64,000 nucleotides of DNA from Anaeromyxobacter sp. (lineage in GTDB: Bacteria > Myxococcota > Myxococcia > Myxococcales > Anaeromyxobacteraceae): positions 15,206-79,205 of the forward strand of contig JANMRY010000167.1 in assembly GCA_031388695.1 (NCBI GenBank), written 5' to 3'. This document shows, piece after piece, positions 44,073 through 54,103 of this stretch (its first letter is position 1; every line of letters begins with the position of its first letter). Both the position numbers and the translations under genes were made by a program. The notes below the pieces were generated by a model, which did not search any database, was not told the origin of the DNA, and saw only the letters and a program-made list of their open reading frames with translations.

Positions 44073-47000
44073 CTACCGCTTCACGTAGGTGCTGACCAGC
44101 CCCGCAGCGCCGTTGGGGCTTCCCCCGGCCCCCCCTGTTCCGAAGCCCAGGACCAGATTGGTCCTCGTGGTCGAACTGGTGAGGTCCTCCAGGATCGCGA
44201 TAGACGGTCCGCCGCCGCCGCCACCACCACGTCCGCCCGCCCCGCCAGAGCCGCCGGTGCCGCCCCTGCCGCCACCGCCGATCTCAGTCCAGCAGTAGGA
44301 CGACCCGTTGGCACCGGATCCGCCGTAGCCCCCGGATCCGCCGTAGCCCCCGGCTCCACCAGCGCCGCCGCTGCTGGCCTGGATGGTGCTGTTTCGGAGG
44401 GTGACTCCGGTCGACGCCACCACCACGACGCCGAAGGATCCGCCACCGCCGCCGCCTCCTGAGCCGGGGGAACCTCCGTAGCCACCCCCGCCGCCGCCAC
44501 CGCCGCCATTGCCCGCACCGTCGGTCACCGTGGCACCCCACTGGCCGGAGCTGCCTCCACCGCCGCCGCCGCCGTAGCCGTTGGAGCCATAGCCTCCATT
44601 CCAACCTTGGGACGGGGAGTAGGCGAACGAGTTGGTGACGTAGTAGCCGAAGGTTGCTCCGCCCGAGCCGGAGTATCCGATCCCGCCCGCGTATCCGCTC
44701 CCGCCATTCCAACCGTCCCCCTCGCTGCCGCTGCCGCCCGAGCCTCCAATACCTCCGCCCGTGCCGCCGCCCGAGGCGCCGTTGAAACCGAAGTGCGCGG
44801 AGCTGTACCCGCCGGCCCCGCCCCTGCCACCAGCCGTGGCGCCGGCGCCACCCGCGCCTCCAAGGCCTGCATAGGAGTAGCTCGAGTGATCGCACGCGCC
44901 GCTGCCTCCGGGCGAGCCCTGGAATCCACTTGATCCCGAGGCCCCGTTCCAACCGGCCCCCCCACCCAGTCCCAACCCGGCGCGGATCGTGCAGTCTGCG
45001 ATGTTGATGGTCATCGAGTTCTCCACCAGCACCCCCACCGAGCTGGCGCCGGTGTAGCTCGCGTTGGACGGCTGGATGGTCAGGCCATTGAGCACGGCGC
45101 CGCTGCCTCGGACGATCACCCCGTAGGAGTAACCGTTGATGAGCACCGGCCAGCTCGGGACGCTCCGGTCCCAGGTGGTCGTGCTGAAGCCACCGTAGAG
45201 CCCCAGGCTCCCAGTGACGTACAGGTAGGCCGCCTGGGGGTAGGTGCCGCCCGCCACGTATACAGCGGCGCCCGTTCCTAGGGTGGCGGCCCTGTTCAAG
45301 CCGGCCTGGATGGTCCGCATGGGAGCCCCGAAGGTCCCCGAGTTGGCGTCGTTGCCCGCCGTGGAGACGAGGACCACGCGGGTCCGATCGACCCAGACCC
45401 GGATCACCACGGTGTCGGCGACGCTCGAGGCGCCGAGCGCGTCGGTGACGATGAGCCGGAAGGTGAGCGTACCTACCTCGGCCGGGGCGGTGAAGGCGGC
45501 GGACACGCTGGTGGCCCCGTTGAGCGCCACCGAAGTGCCACCGGTCTGGGCCCAGCTGTAGGTGAGTTCCGCGCCCTCCGGGTCGCTGCTGGCCGCTCCG
45601 CTGAGCGTCACCGCCTGGGCCTGGCTGACGTTCTGGTCGGTACCCGCGTTGGCGGTCGGCGACAAGTTGGGGACGGTGTTGAACGACCAGCTGAACGGGG
45701 AGGCCATCGCGTTGCCGGCCAGGTCCCTCACGCCGGTGGTGAGCGTCACGATGTACTGGGCGCTCGGGCTGAGCGCCGCCGCCGGCTCGAAGAGAACCTC
45801 GGGTCCGGCCACCGAGAAGGTGCCCGTCACCGCGCCGACGCCGACGCGGACCAGGGCGAACGTCGAGGCGCCGATGCTGGAGACCAGGACGTCCTCGGAG
45901 AGGACCACGCGGATGGAGGCGTTGGTCGGGACGCTGGTGGCGCCGGCGGCCGGCTGGATGGACAAGACCGTGGGCGGCTGGGCGTCGAGCGTCCGGAAGG
46001 TCCAGATGGCCGGGGTCGCCAGGGGATTGCCCGACAGGTCGGTCACCGCCGGGGAGACGCTCACGGTGTAGGTGGTGTTGCCCGAGAGGCTGGCACTGGG
46101 GCTCAAGGTGGCCACGGCGCCGTCCACCGAGATGGCGCCGGTGACGCCGGCGACCGCGAACGAGGAGGCGGTCACCGTGTCCGGGTCGACGGGTTCGGAG
46201 AAGGTGACGACCACCGTGGCGGCCAGGCCGACGCCTGTCGCTCCCGGTGCCGGCGTCCGGTTGACGATGCTGGGAGGGAGGGTGTCGACGGTCCTGAACG
46301 TCCAGGAGTAGGCGGCCGGGAGCGCGTTGCCGGCCAGGTCGGTGATGGCGGTGGTCAGGGTCACGCTGAAGGTCGCATCGGAACCGAGCGGCGCCGCCGG
46401 GGTGAGCGTGACGGTGGCGCCGTCCACCTGGATCACTCCGGTCACGCCGGCGACCGAGAAGGAGGCGGCGGTGACGGTCGCGGCAGCCAACGGCTCGGAG
46501 AAGGTGACCTGGATGGCCGCGTCGAGCGGAACCATGGCCGCCCCAACCAGCGGGCTGGTGGCCACCACCGCGGGCGGCACGTTGTCGAGGGTGGTGAAGG
46601 AGAAGGCATGCTCGGCCTGGAGTGCGTTGCCGGCCAGGTCGGTCACCGTGGTGGTGATGGTCACGCGGTACACCGTGTTGGACTGGAGCGCCGCGGTCGG
46701 GGTGAAGGTTGCCGTGGCGCCGCTGGCGGAGGCGGCGCCGAGGACGATCGAGGATGTCCCGTACTCGACCTTGAAGGAGGTGGCGCTGACCGTGGCCGCC
46801 AGGACCGGCTCGGAGAAGGTGACCTGGATGGTGGCATCGAGAGCGACGTCCCGGGCGTTGGCCCCAGGGTTGGTGGAGACCACCGCCGGCGAAAGGTAGT
46901 CCACGGTGGTGAAGCTCCAGCCGTAAGCCGAAACCAGCGCGTTCCCAGCCAGGTCCTTGACGTCGGTCGATACGGTCACCGTGTAGCTGGTGCTCGACGC

Positions 47001-47276
47001 CAAAGGCGCCGACGGCGTCAGTGTGATGGTCGCGTTCGAGACGGAGACGGTGGCCGAGACGCCGCCGCTGATGGTCACGGTGGCATTCCCGACCGTGGCC
47101 GGATTGATAGCCTCCGAGAAGGTGACGGTGAGCACGGCGTCGGCGGCCACCCCCGCGGCCCCGGTCGCCGGCCTGGTCGAGATGACCGTGGGCGGTGTCG
47201 TATCGGTTGGCGACTTCGAACCTCCGCCGCAGGCGGAGACGAGCAACGACATGGCAAGGCAGATGGTCCTTCGCAT
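44073..47276 (-). CDS. Large surface lipoprotein: five SbsA-type Ig-like domains, one PKD-like domain, a right-handed beta-helix-like region and an extremely Gly-rich C-terminal part
   Basis: MRRTICLAMSLLVSACGG provides a lipobox. Five ~100-aa units follow the pattern P-[PS]-x-V-x3-P-x5-V...VTFSEP...TVT...F...TLTP...Y-x-V-x-[VL]...DLAGN-x-[LM]. ANAGTDQNV...SSDPEG..LTYSW is PKD-like. STAGNDANSGTFGAPMRTIQAGLNRA...GGTY is pectate-lyase-fold-like. It ends with GGxGG runs. Confidence 0.85.
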   Translation of the reverse strand: MRRTICLAMSLLVSACGGGSKSPTDTTPPTVISTRPATGAAGVAADAVLTVTFSEAINPATVGNATVTISGGVSATVSVSNATITLTPSAPLASSTSYTVTVSTDVKDLAGNALVSAYGWSFTTVDYLSPAVVSTNPGANARDVALDATIQVTFSEPVLAATVSATSFKVEYGTSSIVLGAASASGATATFTPTAALQSNTVYRVTITTTVTDLAGNALQAEHAFSFTTLDNVPPAVVATSPLVGAAMVPLDAAIQVTFSEPLAAATVTAASFSVAGVTGVIQVDGATVTLTPAAPLGSDATFSVTLTTAITDLAGNALPAAYSWTFRTVDTLPPSIVNRTPAPGATGVGLAATVVVTFSEPVDPDTVTASSFAVAGVTGAISVDGAVATLSPSASLSGNTTYTVSVSPAVTDLSGNPLATPAIWTFRTLDAQPPTVLSIQPAAGATSVPTNASIRVVLSEDVLVSSIGASTFALVRVGVGAVTGTFSVAGPEVLFEPAAALSPSAQYIVTLTTGVRDLAGNAMASPFSWSFNTVPNLSPTANAGTDQNVSQAQAVTLSGAASSDPEGAELTYSWAQTGGTSVALNGATSVSAAFTAPAEVGTLTFRLIVTDALGASSVADTVVIRVWVDRTRVVLVSTAGNDANSGTFGAPMRTIQAGLNRAATLGTGAAVYVAGGTYPQAAYLYVTGSLGLYGGFSTTTWDRSVPSWPVLINGYSYGVIVRGSGAVLNGLTIQPSNASYTGASSVGVLVENSMTINIADCTIRAGLGLGGGAGWNGASGSSGFQGSPGGSGACDHSSYSYAGLGGAGGAGATAGGRGGAGGYSSAHFGFNGASGGGTGGGIGGSGGSGSEGDGWNGGSGYAGGIGYSGSGGATFGYYVTNSFAYSPSQGWNGGYGSNGYGGGGGGGSSGQWGATVTDGAGNGGGGGGGGGYGGSPGSGGGGGGGSFGVVVVASTGVTLRNSTIQASSGGAGGAGGYGGSGGYGGSGANGSSYCWTEIGGGGRGGTGGSGGAGGRGGGGGGGPSIAILEDLTSSTTRTNLVLGFGTGGAGGSPNGAAGLVSTYVKR

Positions 47277-47540
47277 GATTACCCCCTTGGGGGGCAGACA
47301 GCGTTTCACGGCAGACCTGACGGCGGCGGGGCACGCCCTGATGGGTCCCCCCGTGAGGGGTGTCGCGAGTGATCTGCTTCAGCGGAGTGCCATCAGCTTC
47401 ACCCGAATTCATTTAGGGAATCGGGGGCGGGCATCGGTCACGGATCGCCCCTTCGCGCCTCACTTCTCCTCGTCGACCCCGTCCTGCGGAGGGGACCTCC
47501 TGGAATCCATCCCTTTTCACGGTCAAGAGGCTCAACGCCC

Positions 47541-49706
47541 ATGCTCATCCCTTCGCTCGCCTGCTCGCTGATGCTGACCTCCGCACCCGCCACGCTGGCC
47601 GCACCCGCCGCGCCGACGCCCAACCCGCTGCTGGCGCCCTGGGCCGGCTCCTACGGCGGCGTCCCGCCCTTCGACAGGGCCAGGGTCGAGCAGCTCATGC
47701 CGGCGCTCGAGGCCGGCATGGCCGAGGAGAAGGCGGCGGTCGCGGCCATCGCCGCCGACCCGGCGCCGCCCACCTTCCAGAACACCATCGCGGCGCTGGA
47801 ACGCTCCAGCCGCTCGCTCGACCGGGCCCGGGCCGTCTACGGCGTCTTCGGCACCTCACTGAGCTCCCCGGCCTTCGAGGCGGTCGAGACCGAGATGGAC
47901 CCGCGGCTCGCCTCCCACCGCGACCAGGTGATCCAGAACGAGCAGCTCTTCGCCAGGATCCAGGCCGTCTACGACGGGAGGGAGAAGGCCGGGCTCACCG
48001 GGGAGCAGCAGCGGCTCACCTGGCTCTACTGGAGCTCCTTCATCCGGGCCGGCGCCCGGCTCGACCCGGCCGCCAAGGCTCGCGTCGCCGCCATCAACCA
48101 GCGGCTCGCCTCGCTCTTCACCACCTTCTCGCAGCACCTGCTCGGCGAGGAGTCGGAGCTCCGGCTGGTCCTGGAGAAGGAGTCGGACCTGGCGGGCCTC
48201 TCGCCCTCCGCCCGCGCCGCGGCCGCCGAGGCCGCCACCGCCGCCAAGCTCCCGGGCAAGTGGGTGATCTCCAACACCCGGTCGAGCGTCGACCCGTTCC
48301 TCGCCAACTCGACCAACCGGGCGCTGCGCGAGCGGGCCTGGAAGATGTTCGTCTCGCGCGGCGACCACGGCGACGCCCGGGATAACAAGGCGATCATCAG
48401 CGAGATCCTGCTGCTGCGCGGCGAGCGGGCCCGGCTGCTCGGCTTCCTCTCGCACGCCCACTGGAACACCGACGACAACATGGCCAGGACCCCGGAGCGC
48501 GCCGTGGCGCTGATGGAGGCGGTCTGGCCGGCGGCGGTGGCCCGGGTCAAGGAGGAGGTGGCCGACATGCAGGCGGTCGCCGACCGGGAGGGCGCCAAGC
48601 TCACCATCGAGCCCTGGGACTACCGCTTCTACGCCGAGAAGGTCCGCAAGCAGAAGTACGATCTCGACGAGGCCGAGGTGAGGCCCTACCTGCAGCTGGA
48701 GCGGCTGCGCGAGGGGATGTTCTGGGTGGCCGGACAGCTCTTCGATCTCCACTTCAGCCCGGCCGTGGGCGTCCCGGTCTTCCACCCCGACGTCAGGGCC
48801 TGGGAGGTCAAGGACGGCGCCGGGAAGCTGGTGGGGCTCTGGTACTTCGACCCCTACGCCCGGACCGGCAAGCGCTCGGGGGCCTGGATGGACGCCTACC
48901 GGAACCAGGAGCGCTTCGACGGGGAGATCACCACCATCGTCTCCAATAACTCCAACTTCGTGAAGGGGGCGCCCGGCGAGCCGGTCCTGATCGGCTGGGA
49001 CGACGCCGACACCCTCTTCCACGAGTTCGGCCACGCCCTCCACGGCCTCTGCTCCAGCGTCACCTACCCGTCGGTCTCCGGGACCTCGGTGCCGAGCGAC
49101 TACGTCGAGTTCCCCTCCCAGATCCTGGAGCGCTGGCTCACCACGCCGCAGCTGCTCGAGAAGTACGCCAGGCACGTCAAGACCGGCGCCCCGGTGCCGG
49201 CGGCGCTGCTCGCCAAGATCGAGAAGGCCTCCCGCTTCAACCAGGGCTTCGCCACCGTCGAGTACCTCTCCTCGGCGCTGGTCGACATGAAGCTCCACCT
49301 CGCCGCTGGGCCGGTCGACCCGGCCGTCTTCGAGCGCGAGACGCTCCAGGCCCTCGGCATGCCCCGCGAGCTGGCGATGCGCCACCGGCTGCCCCAGTTC
49401 AGCCACCTCTTCTCCAGTGACGGCTACGCCGCCGGCTACTACAGCTACCTCTGGTCGGACACCATCAGCGCCGACGCCTACGAGGCCTTCACCGAGGCCT
49501 CCGGCCCCTACGACAAGGCGGTCGCCGGCAGGCTCAAGGCCCACGTCTTCTCGGTCGGCAACACCATCGACCCGGTCGACGGCTACCGGGCCTTCAGGGG
49601 CCGAGACCCGGGCGTGGGTGCGCTGATGCGGCGGCGCGGCTTCCCCGAGCCGAAGCCGGCCCCCTCCCCCGCCCCCGCCCCGGCGCCAGCGGCCGGAAAG
49701 ACCTAA
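47541..49706 (+). CDS. dcp: M3-family zinc metallopeptidase (peptidyl-dipeptidase Dcp type), secreted
   Basis: HEFGHALH zinc motif, signal-like N-terminus and overall M3 pattern (...YVEFPSQILE...GYYSYLWS...). Confidence 0.9.
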   Translation: MLIPSLACSLMLTSAPATLAAPAAPTPNPLLAPWAGSYGGVPPFDRARVEQLMPALEAGMAEEKAAVAAIAADPAPPTFQNTIAALERSSRSLDRARAVYGVFGTSLSSPAFEAVETEMDPRLASHRDQVIQNEQLFARIQAVYDGREKAGLTGEQQRLTWLYWSSFIRAGARLDPAAKARVAAINQRLASLFTTFSQHLLGEESELRLVLEKESDLAGLSPSARAAAAEAATAAKLPGKWVISNTRSSVDPFLANSTNRALRERAWKMFVSRGDHGDARDNKAIISEILLLRGERARLLGFLSHAHWNTDDNMARTPERAVALMEAVWPAAVARVKEEVADMQAVADREGAKLTIEPWDYRFYAEKVRKQKYDLDEAEVRPYLQLERLREGMFWVAGQLFDLHFSPAVGVPVFHPDVRAWEVKDGAGKLVGLWYFDPYARTGKRSGAWMDAYRNQERFDGEITTIVSNNSNFVKGAPGEPVLIGWDDADTLFHEFGHALHGLCSSVTYPSVSGTSVPSDYVEFPSQILERWLTTPQLLEKYARHVKTGAPVPAALLAKIEKASRFNQGFATVEYLSSALVDMKLHLAAGPVDPAVFERETLQALGMPRELAMRHRLPQFSHLFSSDGYAAGYYSYLWSDTISADAYEAFTEASGPYDKAVAGRLKAHVFSVGNTIDPVDGYRAFRGRDPGVGALMRRRGFPEPKPAPSPAPAPAPAAGKT

Positions 49707-49765
49707 CTCCCGGGAGCCCTCGACCGGGGAAAGCCCTGCGGTGGGCGCGTGGTACCTTTCGCACC

Positions 49766-50308
49766 ATGCGCTCACCGCTCCTCCTCGCCCTCGCCGCGCT
49801 CTCGCTGGCCGCCTGCCGGCCCCCGGCGCCGGTCGACGCCGGCCCCGCCGCCGCGGGCAACAGCGCCGCGGCAGGGAGCGTCGCCGCCGGCAACGCCGTG
49901 GCCCTCCCGCCGCCGGTCCTGGAGCTCAAGGGCACCTCGGCCTTCGCCATCGGCCAGCCGCCCAGCACCCTCTCCCTGGCCACCGAGACGACCGTGGCGC
50001 CGGGCAGCACCTTTCGCGTGGAGCTCCCCGTGGCCCTCGCCGACGCCCGACTCTCGCTCCTCGACGGCAGCGACGCCATGGTGCCCTCGACCGGCGAGCG
50101 CGAGATCGGCCAGGCCACCCTGCTGACGCTCAAGCCGGCGGCGGGGCTCCCCCCCGGCGCCCGGCTGCGGCTGCGGGTCGACGGCGCCGCCACCCTGGAG
50201 CTGCACGGCGCCGACGGCCGCCGCTTCGCGCCGCTGGAGTGGCCGTTGCTGGTGACTGGGGAGCCGGAGCCGGCCCGCGGCGCCGCCCGCCGGAAGCTGC
50301 GGAGGTAG
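49766..50308 (+). CDS. Small lipoprotein of unknown function
   Basis: MRSPLLLALAALSLAACRPP provides a lipobox. The protein is beta-rich and Ala/Pro/Leu-rich. Confidence 0.6.
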   Translation: MRSPLLLALAALSLAACRPPAPVDAGPAAAGNSAAAGSVAAGNAVALPPPVLELKGTSAFAIGQPPSTLSLATETTVAPGSTFRVELPVALADARLSLLDGSDAMVPSTGEREIGQATLLTLKPAAGLPPGARLRLRVDGAATLELHGADGRRFAPLEWPLLVTGEPEPARGAARRKLRR

Positions 50309-50327
50309 CGCGCGCCGGTCCGGTCGA

Positions 50328-50726
50328 TCAGCGCCGGGCCGCCGCCTCGATGGCCGGCAGCACCGGCAGGTCGGCGGCGCAGAAGTCGTAGCTGGCCAGC
50401 GTCCCCGGCTCGGCCCAGTCGAGCTGCGCCACGCCGAGCGCCCTCGGCTCGGCCCCGGCCGGCAGCCGGCAGTCGTAGCAGGCCAGCTCGACCTCGAGGT
50501 CAGGGTAGCGGTGGGTGGTGCGGGCCAGCAGCGCTCCGACCTCGACTCCGCAGCCGAGCTCCTCGGCGATCTCGCGGACCAGCGCCACCCGCTCCTCCTC
50601 GCCGGCCTCCACCTTGCCGCCGGGGAACTCCCACTGCCCTCCCCGCTCGGCCCCAGCCAGCCGGCGGCTCAAGAGGATGCCGCGCGGACCGCGGATGACG
50701 GCGGCGACCACGCGGACGGCGCGCAC
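50328..50726 (-). CDS. mutT: NUDIX hydrolase, MutT-like (8-oxo-dGTP diphosphatase family)
   Basis: Nudix box GGQWEFPGGKVEAGEEERVALVREIAEELG. The GTG at 50726 lies 10 nt after the upstream stop. Confidence 0.85.
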   Translation of the reverse strand: MRAVRVVAAVIRGPRGILLSRRLAGAERGGQWEFPGGKVEAGEEERVALVREIAEELGCGVEVGALLARTTHRYPDLEVELACYDCRLPAGAEPRALGVAQLDWAEPGTLASYDFCAADLPVLPAIEAAARR

Positions 50727-50736
50727 CGGCCTGCGC

Positions 50737-51834
50737 CTACTGGAGATCGAGCGCCAGCAGGACGCCGCCGTTGGAGAGGACGTAGACCCGGCCGTCGCGC
50801 AGCCCGGGCGTGGAGGAGCTGCCCGAGCCGGCGTCGAGCACCCGCAGCAGGCGGCCGCTGGCCGCCTCGAAGAAGCGCAGCCCGCCGTCCATGCCGGCCG
50901 GCACCAGCAGCCAGCGCCCGGCCACCTGGAGCGACCCGGAGGCGGCCCCTGACCCCAGCGGCACCTTCCATGCGAGCGCACCGTCCCGCGCCGAGAGCGA
51001 GAGCACCTCGGAGCCGGCCACCGCCAGCACCGAGCCGCGGTCGTGGACCACCCGGGACGCGGTCGGCCAGGCCTGGCTCCAGAGCGTCTTCCCGGTGGCG
51101 GCGTCGACGGCGAGGATGGCGCCCGAGTAGGCGGCGGCGTAGAGCCGGCCGTCGGCGAGGGCGAGCGAGTCGATGTCCTGGTAGCTGCCGGCCGGCGCCA
51201 GGTGCTGCTCCCAGCGTGGCTGGCCGGTGGCCCCCTCGAGGGCGGCGACGGTCCCGTCCGAGTAGGCGGCGTAGACGCTGCCGCCGTCCGCGACCACCGC
51301 GGCCGCCCCCTGGATGGTGAACCCCTCGTGCAGGTCGCGGCGGTGGTGCCACTTCCAGGCCCCGCTGGCGGCGTCGACCGCGAAGACGGTGTCCTGCAGG
51401 CTGGCCACCACCACCAGGCCGCCGACCAGCGCCGGCCGGGTGCCGAGCTGCTCCCGGGCCTCGTACTTCCAGCGCAGCGCCCCGGTGGAGAGCTCGAGCG
51501 CGTAGAGGTTGCCGTCGTGGCTGCCGGCGTAGACCACCCCGCCCTCGATCAGCGGCGTGGCGCCGAACGGGCCGCGAGCCTTGAACTCCCAGGCCAGGGC
51601 GCCGTCGGGCCGCAGCGCGTGGAGCCAGCCGTCGCGGGTCCCGACCACCACCCACTGGCCGGTGGCGTCGACGGCGGTGCCGCCCATCTCCAGCACCTGG
51701 AAATCGCCGAGCTCGGCGGCCACCAGGGCCTTCTTCCAGGCGATCCGGTAGAGCTCGCGCGGCGCCGGCGGGAGGCGGCCGGTCTCGGCGGGCGCGGCCG
51801 AGAGCGCCAGCGCGGCCAGGGCAGCGAGGATCAC
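50737..51834 (-). CDS. bamB: PQQ-like repeat beta-propeller protein, BamB-like
   Basis: Repeated G-x-V-Y-x3-x-DG-x-[LV]-x-A-[LV]-D-x-x-[ST]G-x-x-x-W blades. Synteny with a yfgM-like gene and der matches enterobacteria. No lipobox Cys was seen, so the identity is tentative. Confidence 0.7.
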   Translation of the reverse strand: MILAALAALALSAAPAETGRLPPAPRELYRIAWKKALVAAELGDFQVLEMGGTAVDATGQWVVVGTRDGWLHALRPDGALAWEFKARGPFGATPLIEGGVVYAGSHDGNLYALELSTGALRWKYEAREQLGTRPALVGGLVVVASLQDTVFAVDAASGAWKWHHRRDLHEGFTIQGAAAVVADGGSVYAAYSDGTVAALEGATGQPRWEQHLAPAGSYQDIDSLALADGRLYAAAYSGAILAVDAATGKTLWSQAWPTASRVVHDRGSVLAVAGSEVLSLSARDGALAWKVPLGSGAASGSLQVAGRWLLVPAGMDGGLRFFEAASGRLLRVLDAGSGSSSTPGLRDGRVYVLSNGGVLLALDLQ

Positions 51835-51860
51835 TTCGTGCCCCTCACCAGGCGAGGCAC

Positions 51861-52589
51861 TTACCGACCGCCCAGCTTGGCGAGCCGTTCGGCGGCCTCG
51901 CCGGTCAGCATCGAGCCCTTGTGGTTGTCACCGAAGGCGGCCAGCAGGGTGCGGGCCTCGTCGGCCTTCCCGGCGGCGGCCAGCAGCCGGGCCCGCTCCA
52001 GGTCGGCCCGATCGGCCTGGGCCGTCACCTCGCCGCCGAGGCGGACCCAGCCTGCCAGGGCCGCCTCGGAGTCACCCTTCCCCTCGGCCGCCAGCGCCAG
52101 CCCCTCGAGCGCCGCGAAGCGGAAGGAGTCGTTGCGCCGGGCGGTGGAGAGGTAGAGCTGGTAGGCGGCGATCGACGGCTCGTACTGGGCGAGCCGGAGC
52201 AGCGCGTCTCCCTTGGCCAGGGCCGCTAGTGCCGCCTGGGAGGTGCCGGGCGCCTCGGCCAGCAGCCTGTCGGCCGCGGCCACCACCGCCTGCTGCCGGG
52301 CCCCGTCGCTCGGGAAGAAGGGCCCGGGCACGCCGGGGAGCGGGACGGCGCTGATCTCGGCGCCGGAGGTCCGGTAGAGCTCGGAGAGGAGCGTGGCCGC
52401 CGCGGTCGAGCGGCGCTCGCGGACCGCCAGGAAGGCGATGGCGCCTACCAGCAGCACCGCCGCGGCCCCAACGACCAGCAGCGTCTGGCGGCGGTGGCCG
52501 GTCATCCAGGAGGCGGCCTCCCCGGCGACCACCTGGAACTGGTCCGGCTGCTTGATCTCCTTGCGGCTCAGCTCGGCGCTCTTCGACAT
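51861..52589 (-). CDS. YfgM-like single-pass membrane protein with TPR-like periplasmic domain
   Basis: It has the N-terminal KEIKQPDQFQ...W..., one TM helix and an Ala-rich helical repeat region. Its position between der and bamB supports the call. Confidence 0.65.
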   Translation of the reverse strand: MSKSAELSRKEIKQPDQFQVVAGEAASWMTGHRRQTLLVVGAAAVLLVGAIAFLAVRERRSTAAATLLSELYRTSGAEISAVPLPGVPGPFFPSDGARQQAVVAAADRLLAEAPGTSQAALAALAKGDALLRLAQYEPSIAAYQLYLSTARRNDSFRFAALEGLALAAEGKGDSEAALAGWVRLGGEVTAQADRADLERARLLAAAGKADEARTLLAAFGDNHKGSMLTGEAAERLAKLGGR

Positions 52590-52687
52590 GGACCCTCACG
52601 GGCGCCAAGCGCCCAAGCATTGGAAAAGTCGCAGCAATCTAGGTGGGAGGCCCGCAGGCGTCAAGCCTCAACCACCTGCTTGCGCTG

Positions 52688-54103
52688 TCACTCCTGCTTG
52701 CGCTTGGGCCGCTTGCGCCGCTTCCGCTCCCGGAAGACCAGCCGCATGGGCACCTCGAGCCCGAAGGCCTGGCGGAACCGGTTCTCCACGTAGCGGCGGT
52801 AGCTGTCGCCGATCGCCTCGGGCCGCCCGCAGTTGATGACGAAGGTGGGCGGCGCGTAGGCGACCTGGGCGATGTAGAAGAGCTTCACCGGGCGTCCGCC
52901 CGAGCTCGGCGCCGGATGCTCCTCGGTGACCCGCTCCAGCAGCTCGTTGAGCTGCGGGGTGGGGAAGCGGGCCCGGTACTGCTCGACGAGGCGGGCCGCC
53001 TTCTCCAGCACCTTGCCGACCCCGGTCCCGTCCTTGGCCGAGACGAAGACCATGGGGGCGAAGGCCACGAAGGGGAGCCGCTTCCCCAGCTCCTCGCGAT
53101 ACCAGGCCTGGGTCGCCCCCTCCTTCTCGGCGATGTCCCACTTGTTGACCACCACCACCAGCGCCTTCGACTTCTCCAGCACCAGCGCCAGCAGCTTGGC
53201 GTCCTGGTCGACGCCGGCCTCGGTGGCGTCGAGCATCACCGCCACCACCTCGGCGTCGTCCATGGCCTTCATGGAGCGGACCACCGAGTAGCTCTCCACG
53301 GTGGTGGAGATGGTGGCCTTGCGGCGGATGCCGGCGGTGTCGGTGACCACGAAGCGCTGGCCGCCGTGGACCACCAGCGAGTCGATGGCGTCCCGGGTGG
53401 TGCCGGCCACGTCGGAGACCACGAACCGCTCCTTGCCGAGCAGCGTGTTGACGAAGGTCGACTTGCCGACGTTGGGCCGGCCGACGATGGCGAGGCGGAT
53501 GTCGCCGGTGGGCCGGTCCGACTCGGCCACCTCCTCCGGCTCCTCCTCGCCCTCCTCGGGGAAGGGCTCGAACTCGGGCGGCTCGGGGGCCGGCTGCAGG
53601 CCGATGGCGGCCACGATCGCCTCGAGCAGGTCCTCGGTGCCGCGCCCGTGCTCGGCCGAGACCGCGAAGACCTCGCCGAAGCCGAGCTCGTAGAACTCGG
53701 CCAGCGGGATCTCCCCCTCGGTCTTGGAGGTGTCGACCTTGTTGACGGCCACGAAGAGCGGCTTCTTGCTGCGGCGCAGCAGGTCGGCCACCGAGCGATC
53801 GACGTTGGTCAGCCCCTCGCGGCCATCGACCACCAGCACCACGGCGGCCGCCTCCTCGGTGGCCAGCTGGGCCTGCTGCCGGACCTGCTGCATGAGCCGG
53901 TCCCGCGACTCGGGCTCGAAGCCGCCGGTGTCGACCAGCGACATGGCCCGCCCCTGCCAGACCAGGTCGGCGTAGTTCCGGTCGCGGGTGACGCCGGGCA
54001 CGTCCTGGACGATGGCGAGGCGGCGCCCCACCAGCCGGTTGAAGAGCGTCGACTTGCCGACGTTGGGCCGACCCACCAGGGCGATGACGGGGCGCGCGCT
54101 CAT
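52688..54103 (-). CDS. der: Ribosome-associated GTPase Der (EngA), tandem G domains plus KH-like domain
   Basis: There are two GRPNVGKST P-loops. DTGG and DTAG motifs and two NKxD motifs are present. Confidence 0.96.
   Translation of the reverse strand: MSARPVIALVGRPNVGKSTLFNRLVGRRLAIVQDVPGVTRDRNYADLVWQGRAMSLVDTGGFEPESRDRLMQQVRQQAQLATEEAAAVVLVVDGREGLTNVDRSVADLLRRSKKPLFVAVNKVDTSKTEGEIPLAEFYELGFGEVFAVSAEHGRGTEDLLEAIVAAIGLQPAPEPPEFEPFPEEGEEEPEEVAESDRPTGDIRLAIVGRPNVGKSTFVNTLLGKERFVVSDVAGTTRDAIDSLVVHGGQRFVVTDTAGIRRKATISTTVESYSVVRSMKAMDDAEVVAVMLDATEAGVDQDAKLLALVLEKSKALVVVVNKWDIAEKEGATQAWYREELGKRLPFVAFAPMVFVSAKDGTGVGKVLEKAARLVEQYRARFPTPQLNELLERVTEEHPAPSSGGRPVKLFYIAQVAYAPPTFVINCGRPEAIGDSYRRYVENRFRQAFGLEVPMRLVFRERKRRKRPKRKQE

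Noticed and set aside
44284-47412. 1042-aa alternate-frame ORF and several plus-strand ORFs across the large surface protein gene
   Set aside because: The 44073-47276 frame gives a lipobox and coherent Ig-like/PKD/beta-helix domains. The other frames give Arg/Gly/Pro-rich nonsense caused by the repetitive GGN/GCC DNA.
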